A stretch of DNA of 64,000 nucleotides from Dehalococcoidia bacterium (GTDB lineage Bacteria > Chloroflexota > Dehalococcoidia > Lucifugimonadales > Australimonadaceae), in assembly GCA_965249185.1 (NCBI GenBank), contig CBDFLS010000001.1, positions 193,972 through 257,971 of the forward strand, written 5' to 3'. The stretch's first letter is position 1, and every line of letters starts with the position of its first letter. Under the pieces are notes generated by a model. That model did no database searches and was not told the DNA's origin. It was given only the letters and a program-made list of their open reading frames with translations. Shown here in pieces: positions 17,525 through 27,543 of the stretch. A program made the position numbers and the translations under genes.

Positions 17525-18609
17525 TGGGAGTCCCCGACCGCATTGCGCGCCTGCGCGGACTCATGGAGGGGGAGTCGCTGGACGCCCTCCTCATCAGCTC
17601 GCCGGAGAACCGTGCGTACCTTTCGGGGTTCGTCGGCACCGCTGGCTATCTCTTCATCACGGCTTCCGCAGCGCACCTGGCCACCGACTTCCGGTACGTG
17701 GAGCAGGCCGGGCGCCAGGCGCCGGAGTACGAGGTGGTGCGCACCGGCGCATCCCTGGACTGGTTCGCGGGGCTCGTGTCCGATTCGGGGGCCCGGCGCA
17801 TCGGCATAGAGGCCAGCTACCTGAGCGTCTCGGTGCACCAGATGCTGCTGGCGGCGCTCAAGCCGCTAGCGCCAGCCCGGGCGCTGGTGGCCACCACGGC
17901 CTTGGTGGACCAGCTCCGGGCGGTCAAGGAGCCGGAGGAGCTGGCGGTCCTCGAGCGTGCCGTGGCCATCGCGGACCAGGCCATGGACCAAGTCACGGAG
18001 CGTCTGAGGCCCGGCATGACGGAGCGCGAGGTGGCCTGGCAGATGGAGCTGACCATGCGGGAGCTTGGGGCCGACGCCATCTCCTTCGACACCATCGTGG
18101 CCTCCGGCCCCAACGGCGCCCTGCCCCACCACCGGCCCACCGACCGGCCCATCGCCGTGGGCGAGCCGCTGGTCATCGACATGGGCGCCAGGTACCAGCA
18201 CTACTGCAGCGACATCACCCGCACGGTGGTCCTGGGCCACGCGGACGCGACCTTCCGTAAGGTGTACGACACGGTGCTAGCCGCCCAGGAGACGGCCGAG
18301 GCGACGGTGCGCACGGCCATGTCCAGCGGCGACACGGACCAGTTGGCCCGCACCGTCATCAGCGACGCGGGCTACGGGGAGCACTTCGGCCACGGCCTGG
18401 GCCACGGCATCGGCCTGGCCGTCCACGAGCACCCCAGGGTTGGCCTCAACGCCACCTCCGTGCTGGAGGATGGCATGGTCTTCACCATCGAGCCGGGCAT
18501 CTACATCAGCGGTTGGGGCGGCGTCCGCATCGAGGATATCGTGGTCCTGGAGCAGGGCAAGGCGCGCATCCTGACCGGCGCCCGCAAGCGGGACGTGGTC
18601 CGGGTGTAG
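17524..18609 (+). CDS. Xaa-Pro peptidase (M24 family, YqhT/PepQ-like)
   Basis: TDFRY, ALPHH, YCSDITRT, HGLGHGIG..VHE, TIEPG, GVRIED. Confidence 0.93.
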   Translation: MGVPDRIARLRGLMEGESLDALLISSPENRAYLSGFVGTAGYLFITASAAHLATDFRYVEQAGRQAPEYEVVRTGASLDWFAGLVSDSGARRIGIEASYLSVSVHQMLLAALKPLAPARALVATTALVDQLRAVKEPEELAVLERAVAIADQAMDQVTERLRPGMTEREVAWQMELTMRELGADAISFDTIVASGPNGALPHHRPTDRPIAVGEPLVIDMGARYQHYCSDITRTVVLGHADATFRKVYDTVLAAQETAEATVRTAMSSGDTDQLARTVISDAGYGEHFGHGLGHGIGLAVHEHPRVGLNATSVLEDGMVFTIEPGIYISGWGGVRIEDIVVLEQGKARILTGARKRDVVRV

Positions 18610-18612
18610 CGG

Positions 18613-19296
18613 ATGGTCCGAGCCCTCATCTTCGACTTCGACGGCCTCATCGTCGACACCGAGAACCCGACCTACCAGGCCTGGCGGGAAGTGTACGAAG
18701 CGTTCGGCTGCGAGCTGCCGCTGGAGAAGTGGACGCTCCGCATCGGCGGAAGCGACCACCTCTTCGACCCATGGGAGTATCTTGAGGAGATGCTGGGCAG
18801 GTCCGTCGACCGTGATGCCGTTGAAGCCCGCCGCGAGCGCCGGCGCGGTGCCCTGGTCCTGGAGCAGCCGGTGCTGCCGGGTGTGCGGGAGTGGGCCGCC
18901 GACGCCAAGCGGCTTGGGCTGAAGCTGGGCATCGCCTCCAGCTCATCACGCGGGTGGGTGATGGGCCATCTGGAGCGGCTGGACATGGCCCGGTATTTCG
19001 ACTGCGTCCGGTGCCGCGATGATGTGGATGCAGCCAAGCCGGACCCCGCCGCCTACCTGTCGGTGCTGGAAGCCCTGGGGGTGCGCGCCGGCCAGGCCGT
19101 AGCCATTGAGGACTCGCCCAACGGCATCACCGCGGCAAAACGGGCGGGGCTCTTCTGTGTGGCGGTGCCAAACTCCATCACTCGCGGCCTCCCTCTCGAA
19201 GAGGCAGACTTGCGGCTCGACTCATTGGCGGAGATGCCCCTGGAGCGGCTGCTGGCCGAGGTGGCCCAGCGGAGAGGAAGCCCCAGCCCAATCTGA
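18613..19296 (+). CDS. HAD-superfamily hydrolase
   Basis: FDFDGLIVDTE, KPDP, IEDSPNG. Confidence 0.9.
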   Translation: MVRALIFDFDGLIVDTENPTYQAWREVYEAFGCELPLEKWTLRIGGSDHLFDPWEYLEEMLGRSVDRDAVEARRERRRGALVLEQPVLPGVREWAADAKRLGLKLGIASSSSRGWVMGHLERLDMARYFDCVRCRDDVDAAKPDPAAYLSVLEALGVRAGQAVAIEDSPNGITAAKRAGLFCVAVPNSITRGLPLEEADLRLDSLAEMPLERLLAEVAQRRGSPSPI

Positions 19297-19316
19297 CCCA
19301 GAAAGAGGAGAGGCCT

Positions 19317-19880
19317 ATGGTTATCGGCTTCGGAGACCTGCGAAAGGGCAGGGCCATCGAGATTGACGGCGTCCCCTACAAGGTAGAGGACTACTCCCAC
19401 CAGAAGATGCAGCAGCGGGCGCCGGTCTATCGGCTCAAGCTGCGAAATCTCATTTCCGGCCAGCTCATAGAGCGCTCCTACTCAGGCTACGGCGTCAAGC
19501 TAAACGTGGCCTCAGTGGAGAACCGCACCTCGCGGCTCCTCTACGTGGACGAGGGGATCTACAATTTCATGGACATCGAGAGCTTCGACCAATTCCCCGT
19601 CTCCAGGGACACCCTGGGCGACGCCGTGAACTACCTCACGGAGCAGGCGGAGGTGGACCTGGTCTTCTACAAAGACAACCCCATCGCCGTCGAGCTGCCG
19701 ACCACCTTCGACCTGCTGGTGACGGACTCGCCCCCTGGGCTCAGGGGCGACACGGCCACGGGCGGAACGAAGCTGGCCACGCTGGAGACGGGACTCACGC
19801 TCCAGGTGCCTCTCTTCGTCAACAACGGCGACAAGGTCAAAGTGGACACCCGCAACGGCCAGTACCTGGAGCGGGTCTAA
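19317..19880 (+). CDS. efp: Elongation factor P with non-canonical tip loop
   Basis: PGLRGDTATGGTK.ATLETG...VPLFV..GD.VKVDTR.G.Y..R C-terminal signature. aroQ-pepQ-efp synteny. Loop reads QKMQQRAP. Confidence 0.93.
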   Translation: MVIGFGDLRKGRAIEIDGVPYKVEDYSHQKMQQRAPVYRLKLRNLISGQLIERSYSGYGVKLNVASVENRTSRLLYVDEGIYNFMDIESFDQFPVSRDTLGDAVNYLTEQAEVDLVFYKDNPIAVELPTTFDLLVTDSPPGLRGDTATGGTKLATLETGLTLQVPLFVNNGDKVKVDTRNGQYLERV

Positions 19881-19891
19881 CCCGCCACGCC

Positions 19892-21100
19892 ATGCAGCTC
19901 TTCACCGTCAGCCAGGTCGCCCAGTACGTGAAGCAGGTCGTGGACCGCGACGCGCTGCTCCAGGACCTGTGGGTCAGCGGCGAGGTGTCCAACCTGGTCC
20001 GCTCGGCGGCCGGCCACGCCTACTTCACCATGAAGGACGCGGATGCCCAGCTCCGCTGCGTGCTCTTTCGGAATAACCGTAGCGCCGAGCTCCTGGCAAA
20101 CGGCGGCGCTGTCAACGCCCACGGACGCATCTCGTTCTACGAGACCCGTGGCGAGCTCCAGCTCTACGTGGACCTGGTCCAACCCTCGGGGCTCGGAGCG
20201 CTGGCGCTGGAGCTGGAACGGCTCAAGCTGCAGCTCGAGGAGGAGGGGCTCTTCGATCCCTCCCGCAAGCGCCCGCTGCCGTTTTTTCCCCAGCGCATCG
20301 GCGTGGTGACCTCGGAGCAGGGGGCCGTGTTCCACGACATCCGCACCGTCGTGGAGCGGCGGTACCCGCTGGCCGAGCTGGTGCTCTGCGCCTCGGCGGT
20401 CCAGGGCGAGCAGGCGGCCGCCGAGGTCGTGGACGCCCTGCGCGCGCTGAACGCCACCGGTGACATCGACGTCATCATCGTCGCCAGGGGCGGCGGCTCG
20501 CTGGAGGAGCTCTGGACGTTCAACACCGAGCCGGTGGTCCGCGCCATCCACGCCAGCCACGCGCCCGTGGTGAGCGCCGTGGGCCACGAGACCGACGTGA
20601 CCATCGCCGACCTGGTGGCCGATGTGCGCGCCGCTACCCCATCGGCCGCCGCCGAGCTTTGCACGCCGGATGCCGCGCTGCTGGCAGCCGAGCTCTCGGC
20701 CCTGATGGAGCGGGCGCGGAGCACGGTCGCCTACGAGCTGTCGGAGCGCGCCCAGTCGGTGGACTCGCTCGCCCGGCGCATGCGCGGCCGGCTGCCCGAC
20801 ATCGGCGGCTGGCGCCAGCGGGTGGACGAGCTGCTGGGCCAGGGCTCTCGGTCCCTCAAGGGCCTGCTCGGCTCCCGCCGGGAGCAGGCGCACGCCTTCG
20901 AGGCCCAGCTTCACGCGCTGGACCCGTCGGCGGTGCTCGGCCGCGGATACGCGGTGGTCGCTCTCCCAGCGACGGGCGCCATCGTCACCTCCGTGGACCA
21001 GGTCCACGATGGCGACCTGGTCCGGGCCACCGTCCACGACGGCCGGTTCGACGCGGAGGTCCGTCAGCAGGCGGCGAAGGCTCCTGACAAGAACGCGTGA
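19892..21100 (+). CDS. xseA: Exodeoxyribonuclease VII large subunit
   Basis: WVSGEVSN, GH.YFT.KD, ARGGGSLEEL..FN, SAVGHETD, RAATPSAAAE. Confidence 0.96.
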   Translation: MQLFTVSQVAQYVKQVVDRDALLQDLWVSGEVSNLVRSAAGHAYFTMKDADAQLRCVLFRNNRSAELLANGGAVNAHGRISFYETRGELQLYVDLVQPSGLGALALELERLKLQLEEEGLFDPSRKRPLPFFPQRIGVVTSEQGAVFHDIRTVVERRYPLAELVLCASAVQGEQAAAEVVDALRALNATGDIDVIIVARGGGSLEELWTFNTEPVVRAIHASHAPVVSAVGHETDVTIADLVADVRAATPSAAAELCTPDAALLAAELSALMERARSTVAYELSERAQSVDSLARRMRGRLPDIGGWRQRVDELLGQGSRSLKGLLGSRREQAHAFEAQLHALDPSAVLGRGYAVVALPATGAIVTSVDQVHDGDLVRATVHDGRFDAEVRQQAAKAPDKNA

Positions 21101-21163
21101 CTCGCATCCCGTATCCCCTTAGAATAGACGTGCGGCGGAGCGGCATCCGCCGGGAGGGCAGTC

Positions 21164-21433
21164 GTGGCGGCAGAGGGCGAAAACAAACGTAAGAAACAAC
21201 CCGTTTTTGAGGACACCTTCGTCCAGCTCCGGGAGACGGTGGAGGCGCTGGAAGAGGGCGGCCTCACGCTGGAGGATGCTACCCGGCTCTTCGACCAGGG
21301 GATGCGGCTGGCCAAGACCTGCAACGAGCTGCTGACAGCGGCGGAGTTGAAGATCACCCGGCTGCAACGCAGCTTCGGCGAGCAGATGGCCATGGTGGAG
21401 GAGCCGCCTCTTGACGAAGGCGAGGAGGACTGA
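21164..21433 (+). CDS. xseB: Exodeoxyribonuclease VII small subunit
   Basis: FE....L...V..LE.G.LTLE....F..G..L...C...L..AE.KI pattern. Follows xseA. Confidence 0.92.
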   Translation: MAAEGENKRKKQPVFEDTFVQLRETVEALEEGGLTLEDATRLFDQGMRLAKTCNELLTAAELKITRLQRSFGEQMAMVEEPPLDEGEED

Positions 21434-22092
21434 TGCTCCGGGGCGACTTCCACATGCACACCCACTTCTCGTCCGACTGCCTCACCAGGCCCGAGGCGCT
21501 GGTGCGCCGCTGTCAGGAGGTGGGGCTGAACTGCATCGCCGTCACGGAGCACAACACCATTCGTGGCGCCCAGGCGGTGCAGGCGCTGGCCCCCTTCATG
21601 GTCATCGTGGCCGAGGAGGTCCGGACCACGGAGGGCGAAGTGACCGGCCTCTTCCTGTCGGAGGAGGTGCCCCACGGGCTGACGCCGGTGGAGACGGCCA
21701 AGCGCATCGTGGAGCAGGGCGGCCTCGTCTCCATTCCCCACCCCTACGACCTCTTCAGGGGGTCGCCGCTGTCACGCCAGGGCATCCAGGAGGTGCTTCC
21801 CTACGCCTCCATCGTTGAGGCCTTCAACGCCCGTACCACCCGGCTCCGCGACAACGCCGTCGGCCACCGGCTGGCCGTGGAGCGCGGCCTCTTGCCCACG
21901 GCCGTCAGCGACTCCCACACGCTCGCCGAGCTAGGACGTACCTACACCGAGCTTCCCGAGTTCGACGGCACGCCCCAGGGCTTCATAGAGGCGCTAAAGG
22001 AGGCCCGTCTGGTGGAGCAGCGGGCCAACCCCGTGGTGCACCTCTACTCCACGCTCAACAAACTGCGCCACAAGTTCATCAGCGTGCCATGA
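21433..22092 (+). CDS. PHP-domain metallophosphoesterase
   Basis: DFHMHT..SSD, AVTEHN, IPHP, VEAFNAR, SDSH. Confidence 0.9.
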   Translation: MLRGDFHMHTHFSSDCLTRPEALVRRCQEVGLNCIAVTEHNTIRGAQAVQALAPFMVIVAEEVRTTEGEVTGLFLSEEVPHGLTPVETAKRIVEQGGLVSIPHPYDLFRGSPLSRQGIQEVLPYASIVEAFNARTTRLRDNAVGHRLAVERGLLPTAVSDSHTLAELGRTYTELPEFDGTPQGFIEALKEARLVEQRANPVVHLYSTLNKLRHKFISVP

Positions 22093-22901
22093 CGCTCCGG
22101 CTCGGCTGGTTCTCCACGGCCCGCGGGCCCGGCTCCCGGGGCATGCTGGTAAAGGCGCTGAAGGCCATCGACGCGGGAGCGCTCGACGCCCGCCTGCTCT
22201 TCGTCTTCAGCAATCGGGAGCGGGGCGAAGGCGAGGGCAGCGACGCCTTCTTCAATCTGGTGGAGCGCCACGGCATCCCGCTGGTGACCCACTCCTCACG
22301 CCGTTTCCGCCGCGCCCACGGCGGCGAGTTCGACGCTCACCGTCACGAGTACGATGCGGAGGTGCGCGAGCTCCTGGCGCCCTACGAGCCCGACCTGTGC
22401 GTTCTAGCCGGCTATATGCTCATCCTGAGTCCCACGCTGTGCGAGAGTTTCACCGCCATCAACCTGCACCCTGCCCTCCCCCGTGGTCCGACCGGCACCT
22501 GGCAGGATGTGGTCTGGTGGCTCATCGACGACTGGGCCATCGAGAGCGGCAACATGGTTCACCTGGTCACGGAGGAGCTGGACCGTGGCGCGCCCATCGC
22601 CTTCGCCCGCTACCCGCTGCGAGGCTGGCGTTTCGACCATCTCTGGATGACCCACGGCAAGCGGCCGGTCGAGGACGTGCAGGCGAAAGAGGGAGAGGCG
22701 TACCCGCTGTTCCAGGCGGTCCGCCGTGAGGGACTGTTGCGCGAGCCGCCCCTGCTGCTGGAGACGCTGAAGGCCCTGGCCGGCGGCGCCATCGGCATCC
22801 GGGACGGGCAGGTGGTGGACGGCACGGGCGCGGCCACGGGCCCGCTGGACCTGACGGCCCAGGTGGAGGCGGCGCTGCCGGCCGCCGAGGAGCCCTCGTG
22901 A
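22089..22901 (+). CDS. Formyltransferase, PurN-like (variant)
   Basis: LAGYM.IL, INLHPALP, VH.VT.ELDRG.PI formyltransferase motifs with atypical insertions. Confidence 0.8.
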   Translation: MTLRLGWFSTARGPGSRGMLVKALKAIDAGALDARLLFVFSNRERGEGEGSDAFFNLVERHGIPLVTHSSRRFRRAHGGEFDAHRHEYDAEVRELLAPYEPDLCVLAGYMLILSPTLCESFTAINLHPALPRGPTGTWQDVVWWLIDDWAIESGNMVHLVTEELDRGAPIAFARYPLRGWRFDHLWMTHGKRPVEDVQAKEGEAYPLFQAVRREGLLREPPLLLETLKALAGGAIGIRDGQVVDGTGAATGPLDLTAQVEAALPAAEEPS

Positions 22902-23503
22902 TCAAGGCCGTGCTGTTCGACATGGACGGCGTGCTGGTAGACAGCTTCGAGGCGTGGGTGGTGCTCATGAACGACACCGCCCGTCACTTCGGGGCCCCGC
23001 CGGTGTCGCGCGATGGATTTCGCGCCGTCTACGGCCAGCCGACGGAGGATGATGTAACCGCCTTCTTCCAAGGCCAGACCATGGAAGCGGTGGAAGCCTA
23101 CTACCAGGCCCACTTCTCCGATTACGCCCATCTTGTGACTGCCTACCCGCAGGTGGCCCGCGTGCTGGATGAGCTGCGCGTCCGGGGCTTGCACATCGGC
23201 GTCATCACCAACACGCTGTCGTCGCTGGCGAGGTCGATCCTAGCCGCCAACGGCCTATCGCCGGATGCGATGGTGGGCAGCAGCGACGTGCCCAGGGCCA
23301 AGCCCGCGCCGGACATGGTCCACCGGGCCTGCGAGCTGCTGGGGGTCGCGCCGGAGGAATCGGTGGTGGTGGGAGACTCCGCCTACGACCGTCAGGCCGC
23401 CGGCGCCGCGGGGGCGCGCTTCATCGGCGTTCACGGCATCGAGGGCGAAGATACGATTCAAGAGCTGTCGGAGCTGGCTACGCTGCTGGACAGCTACCGG
23501 TAA
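22898..23503 (+). CDS. HAD-superfamily phosphatase (PGP-like)
   Basis: LFDMDGVLVDS, KPAPD, VVGDS..D. Confidence 0.9.
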   Translation: MIKAVLFDMDGVLVDSFEAWVVLMNDTARHFGAPPVSRDGFRAVYGQPTEDDVTAFFQGQTMEAVEAYYQAHFSDYAHLVTAYPQVARVLDELRVRGLHIGVITNTLSSLARSILAANGLSPDAMVGSSDVPRAKPAPDMVHRACELLGVAPEESVVVGDSAYDRQAAGAAGARFIGVHGIEGEDTIQELSELATLLDSYR

Positions 23504-24070
23504 GCGTCGCCCGCCCGTGCCCCCTATTCCAGCGGGCCCGGCGCCACGGAGCGGATCTTCTTCGAGATCCCCAGTCCGTCAGCGATGAGCCGACCGAGGA
23601 TCCGGAGCCTTCCCCTGTCTCCCAACAGCAGGCCCACGGCCAGGGCCAGATAGAGCAGCGAGAAGAGGTCCCGGCTGAACCGCAGGCTGCCGTCGTGACT
23701 CACGATGCCCAGGATGAGCTGCGCGAGAAACATCGAGGCGAGCACCAGGGCCAGAGGCCATGAGAACCGCAGCCGTGCCAGGGCCACCACTCCGAAGATG
23801 GCCTGCGCGCCGGTGAGCAGGAGCTCCGAGCGCTGCCGCGAGTCCAGCATCAGGTCTCCCGCGTCGCCCAGCACCATGCCGTGCGCGAAATAGACCAGGG
23901 GCAGCGAGGCGAGCAGCAGCGTCCATTGGCTCAGCGGCGACGAGAGCAGCACCCCCATGGCGGAGTTGGCCCGAGCCCTCCACACCAGGAGGATGACGAT
24001 GATGAACTCGGGCGCCTCGTTGGCCACCGGCGCCAGTCCTTGTACCAGCACGAACTCATCGATGCCTAAA

Positions 24071-25774
24071 CCCGAATCCACCGAAGGACACCGATGGACG
24101 GCGTGAGGACAGCGGAAGGGGGTGGGTGAGGGAGCTACAGGGGAGATGGCCTGGGGTCTTGGGGTAGATGGGAGGCCGGCGGCCGGTCTTCAGTCGCCGC
24201 ATAGGGCCCCTAAGGCCCTATGCGGGAGTTGCGATGCGCGGGATGGCGAGAGGATACACAGCAGGGGACTCTCGCGACCGGGGTGGCGCGAGATTGCGGG
24301 GACGTTGGGTCAGTTGCAGGCTGGCCGTCAGGCCGGGAACGGAATGGCTTGCAGCCGGGCCAAGGCGCGACTGAATTGGGTTTCCCAAGGCCAGCGCCGG
24401 GGGAGATGCAAAGTGAGGCGGCGCGCCGAGCGGGTGATCCGTCCCACCAGAGCGAAGACCCGCCGCCTGAGGGTCTTGGTGATCACGGTCCGCTCGCCCA
24501 GACCAATCCGCGCCGTCCAGCGGGCCAGGTTATGCGCCATCACCTGGACCGCCAGCCAGGCGCCGTTGGCGGCGAAGCGCGCCGACGGCATGTGGTTCAG
24601 CCCGACGCCGTACTTGAGGTCGCGTATGGCGTTCTCGACCTCGGCGTGGCGGCGATGATCGGCCTCCAGTTCCAGCGTCTCCCCATCGCGGTCGGTGATG
24701 AAGGCGTGATAGCTGTATCTGGCGAAGAGGGCGAGCTGGGAACCGGGCGTCGGCTTCACCCGCCGGACAATGAGCCGCACCGGCGCGGCGTCCGGCTTGG
24801 TCTGGAACGGGGTGTAAGTCGTCTCGGCGACATCGGCGGCGCCGTCCATCCAGTAGGGAATGGGAGTCCAGTCCTCCTCTGGTATCGCCTCGATCAGGTC
24901 CCGCAGGCTGGCGCGCTGGCGGATGGTGATAGAGAAGCGGACATCCATTTCCCGGCAGGCGGCAACGACAGTGTGGGCGTAGAAGCCGCTGTCGGCCCGC
25001 ACCGTGAGTTGTCCCCTGGCCCCGCCGTAGCGCACCCGCCCCACCGTCTCACGCAGGAAGTGGGCGGCGCCACGGGCGGTGTTGGCCCGGCCCTCGCGCA
25101 GCCGGGACATCAGCACCTCGCCGGTGCCAGCGGCAATGGCCAGCAGCGGGTGATAGCCGCGGGCGCCGGTATAGCCGTGGTGGCGCGCTCCCTCCTTGGC
25201 CAGTCCATAGGTCTCGCAGATTGTCGAGTCCAGGTCGATGGTCAGGGGCGAGTCGCCGGGTCCGGCCCCAGCGGCCCAGGCCCGGGCCAACAACTGGCGG
25301 CTCACGCGGTCGAGTTGACGGACATGCCCCCACCGGAAGCTGCGCAGGAAGGTCCCCAGGGTGGATGGCGCCTTGACCACGCAGCCTAGAACACCGACCG
25401 TCCCACCAGCGCGCAGCGCATCGGCGTCGTCGATGCAGTCGCCGCCTGCCAGCGCGGAAGCGACCAGCGTCAGCATCTTGTCCCCAGTGTTCGCCCGTCC
25501 CGGCGCTCCGCCGAGGTCAAGGTGATGGTCGACGAGTTCCCGCAGGCCCAGGTGCCGGGCTAGGGTGGCCGGCAGGAGCAGGCCGGCATTGGCCACCAGG
25601 CGATGGTCGTCAAAGAGGATGCGGATACGGTCGGGTTTGTTCTGTGGCAGCATCTATTGGGTGCTCCTTGTTTCCGGGCGGGTTTCTGTTCCAAAACCAT
25701 TATCCCAGATTCAGAGGAGCACCCGCTGGCTTCTTCAAGGGCTGTCCCCAAGGCCGTCCTTCGGTGGATTCGGG
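24071..25774 (-). mobile_element. IS1380-family insertion sequence (1704 bp)
   Basis: Perfect 19-bp IR CCCGAATCCACCGAAGGAC. 5-bp target duplication CTAAA (24066-24070, 25775-25779). Confidence 0.95.
24328..25653 (-). CDS. IS1380-family transposase
   Basis: TIDLDST, GYHPLL, LREGRA, VRADSGFY, HRRHAEVENAIRDLK, FAANGAW. Confidence 0.93.
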   Translation of the reverse strand: MLPQNKPDRIRILFDDHRLVANAGLLLPATLARHLGLRELVDHHLDLGGAPGRANTGDKMLTLVASALAGGDCIDDADALRAGGTVGVLGCVVKAPSTLGTFLRSFRWGHVRQLDRVSRQLLARAWAAGAGPGDSPLTIDLDSTICETYGLAKEGARHHGYTGARGYHPLLAIAAGTGEVLMSRLREGRANTARGAAHFLRETVGRVRYGGARGQLTVRADSGFYAHTVVAACREMDVRFSITIRQRASLRDLIEAIPEEDWTPIPYWMDGAADVAETTYTPFQTKPDAAPVRLIVRRVKPTPGSQLALFARYSYHAFITDRDGETLELEADHRRHAEVENAIRDLKYGVGLNHMPSARFAANGAWLAVQVMAHNLARWTARIGLGERTVITKTLRRRVFALVGRITRSARRLTLHLPRRWPWETQFSRALARLQAIPFPA

Positions 25775-26571
25775 CTAAAGAACGGCTGGTCTTCAAGAGG
25801 CCCTCGGCAAAGGGCTCCGCCGCCAGCACAAGCACCAGCGCGCAGAGGATGAAGATTCCGGCGGCGGCCGCGCGCCGCTTTGCCCGCACCAGGTCGCCCA
25901 TGACGGCGCTGGGGCCTATAAGCTCACGCTCCTCGGAGGGCATCTTGGAGGAGCGGATGATATAAAGCCCAAAGAGGGCCAGGAGGACCACCCCATCGAA
26001 GATGGAGAAGAATCCCTTGAGCGCAATGGTGAGCCCATACAGCGCGCCCAGCAGCAGGAAGGTGAGCTCTATCGTCCTCCCACTGTCGAATTGGAGCACG
26101 CCTCTCCGGCGCTTCATCCAAAAGAGAAGGAAGAGCACGGGCCAAGCCAGGCCTATCAGAAGCCGGTTGGCCCCCGTCATGTTCGCGCCGGTGTATGAGG
26201 AGTACTCCGCCGTGGCGGGGTCGGCCCCCGTCCACGCCAGGTAAACATCCACTGAGTATTCAGGAAGCAGAATGATGAAAGCTAGAAAGGCCACCGCCAG
26301 AGTCTGAGGGATCTCGCGCTCGGCCACGTCAACCGCCCAGCTCAGCAGAAAGCCGGCGGAGAGGATGGCGACGCCGAACACCAGCAGCGTCACGCCGGGC
26401 GGCTGCGCGGGGAGTACGAGCCGGAACGCCAGGGCCGGGACGAGGCCGGCCAGCGCCACGGCGATCCAGGCCCAGCCGCCGGCACCAGCCCTTCGGCGTT
26501 CCTTTTCGCTCGCAGCCCTTCGAGGACGGTCACCCATCGGCTGTTTGGCCATTCACTCCTCCTGGATTGGG

Positions 26572-27339
26572 CTAGATGGTCAGCATCATGAAAAGGGCCA
26601 CGGCCGCCAGCGCGAAGCCGAAGGTGGTCTGAAGCGTCGCGCCGCTGATCCTCGTCACGATGAAAGACCCGGCGGTGGCGCCGCTCATGCCTCCGGCCGC
26701 GAAGAGCGCGGCCACCTGCCAGTCGGGAGACGCAAATTGCAGGTGCAGCGGAAGGCTGACACCCGCGGTGATCAGAATGACGAAGAGCGAGGTCCCCACC
26801 GCCTCGTGGATCGGCAGACGGCCGACGCCCATCAGGAGGGGGACCTTCAGAAAGCCGCCGCCCACGCCGAAGAAGCCGGTGAGCACGCCGGCAAGACATC
26901 CCGCCGCCCAGAGCCCCACGCCGTAGCGAGGCGTTTTTTGCCGAGCGATAGGCAGCGCGCTCTCGGGCCGGGGAAGCCGGCGGCTCCGCAGAAGGGTCCA
27001 TCCGGCCACGGGGAGCAGCAGCAACGCGTAGAGGAGCAGAAGCAGGTCGTTGGGCGCCGCTCCGCTGAGCCATGAGCCGCCTATCGCTCCGGGTATCCCC
27101 GCCAGCGCAAAGGGCAGCCCGACGCAAATATTCACCAGCCGTATGCGGTACTGAAACAGGACCGCGGAGAGCGCGGTGAACACCACCACGATCAGGGATG
27201 TCGCCAGCGCGTCGTGGACCGGCATTCCAAAGAGGTAGACCAGGATCGGAACGGTGAGGGTGGATGCACCCGCGCCCAGGGTGGACGAGGCCAGCCCCGC
27301 GACGCCGCCCAGCAGCACAGCCGGCGTTGCGAGGTTCAT
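26572..27339 (-). CDS. TauE/SafE family sulfite exporter
   Basis: Duplicated multi-TM halves, GFFGVGGGFLKVP, AVGTSL. Start MNLATPAV. Confidence 0.88.
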   Translation of the reverse strand: MNLATPAVLLGGVAGLASSTLGAGASTLTVPILVYLFGMPVHDALATSLIVVVFTALSAVLFQYRIRLVNICVGLPFALAGIPGAIGGSWLSGAAPNDLLLLLYALLLLPVAGWTLLRSRRLPRPESALPIARQKTPRYGVGLWAAGCLAGVLTGFFGVGGGFLKVPLLMGVGRLPIHEAVGTSLFVILITAGVSLPLHLQFASPDWQVAALFAAGGMSGATAGSFIVTRISGATLQTTFGFALAAVALFMMLTI

Positions 27340-27416
27340 TCTTCCCCCTGGGCCGTAGATTCGGTCCGTGACCGGGGCCCCATCGGCTGCCAAGCATTCG
27401 CGTGATGTATGTCCAA
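27336..27416 (-). CDS. Putative 26-aa upstream ORF coupled to tauE-like gene
   Basis: AGGAGG-ttgt-TTG start, MDIHHANAWQPMGPRSRTESTAQGEE, stop overlapping the next ATG (ATGA). Confidence 0.35.
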   Translation of the reverse strand: MDIHHANAWQPMGPRSRTESTAQGEE

Positions 27417-27513
27417 ACAACCTCCTGGTGAGGACTGGTGTGGTCACCTGCCGCCGGCCGGTGTCGGCACTAGTGCTGAGAGTGGCAGAGAAGTGGTTAC
27501 ATTTCAAATACAG

Positions 27514-27528
27514 ATCGTGTGACCCGAT
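27514..27528. promoter_or_regulatory. LysR-type T-N11-A box
   Basis: ATCG-tgtgacc-CGAT dyad just upstream of the LysR start, between divergent genes. Confidence 0.6.
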
Positions 27529-27543
27529 TGATAAGAAGGCACG

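Larger units (their letters stand above)
23524..26552 (-). pseudogene. Ca2+:cation antiporter (CaCA / Na-Ca exchanger family) split by IS1380
   Basis: 5' part 25775..26552 (ILLPEYSVD, ANMTGANRLL) and 3' part 23524..24070 (LAPVANEAPEF). Removing the IS restores the frame ...KTSRSLGIDEFVLVQ... Confidence 0.9.
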
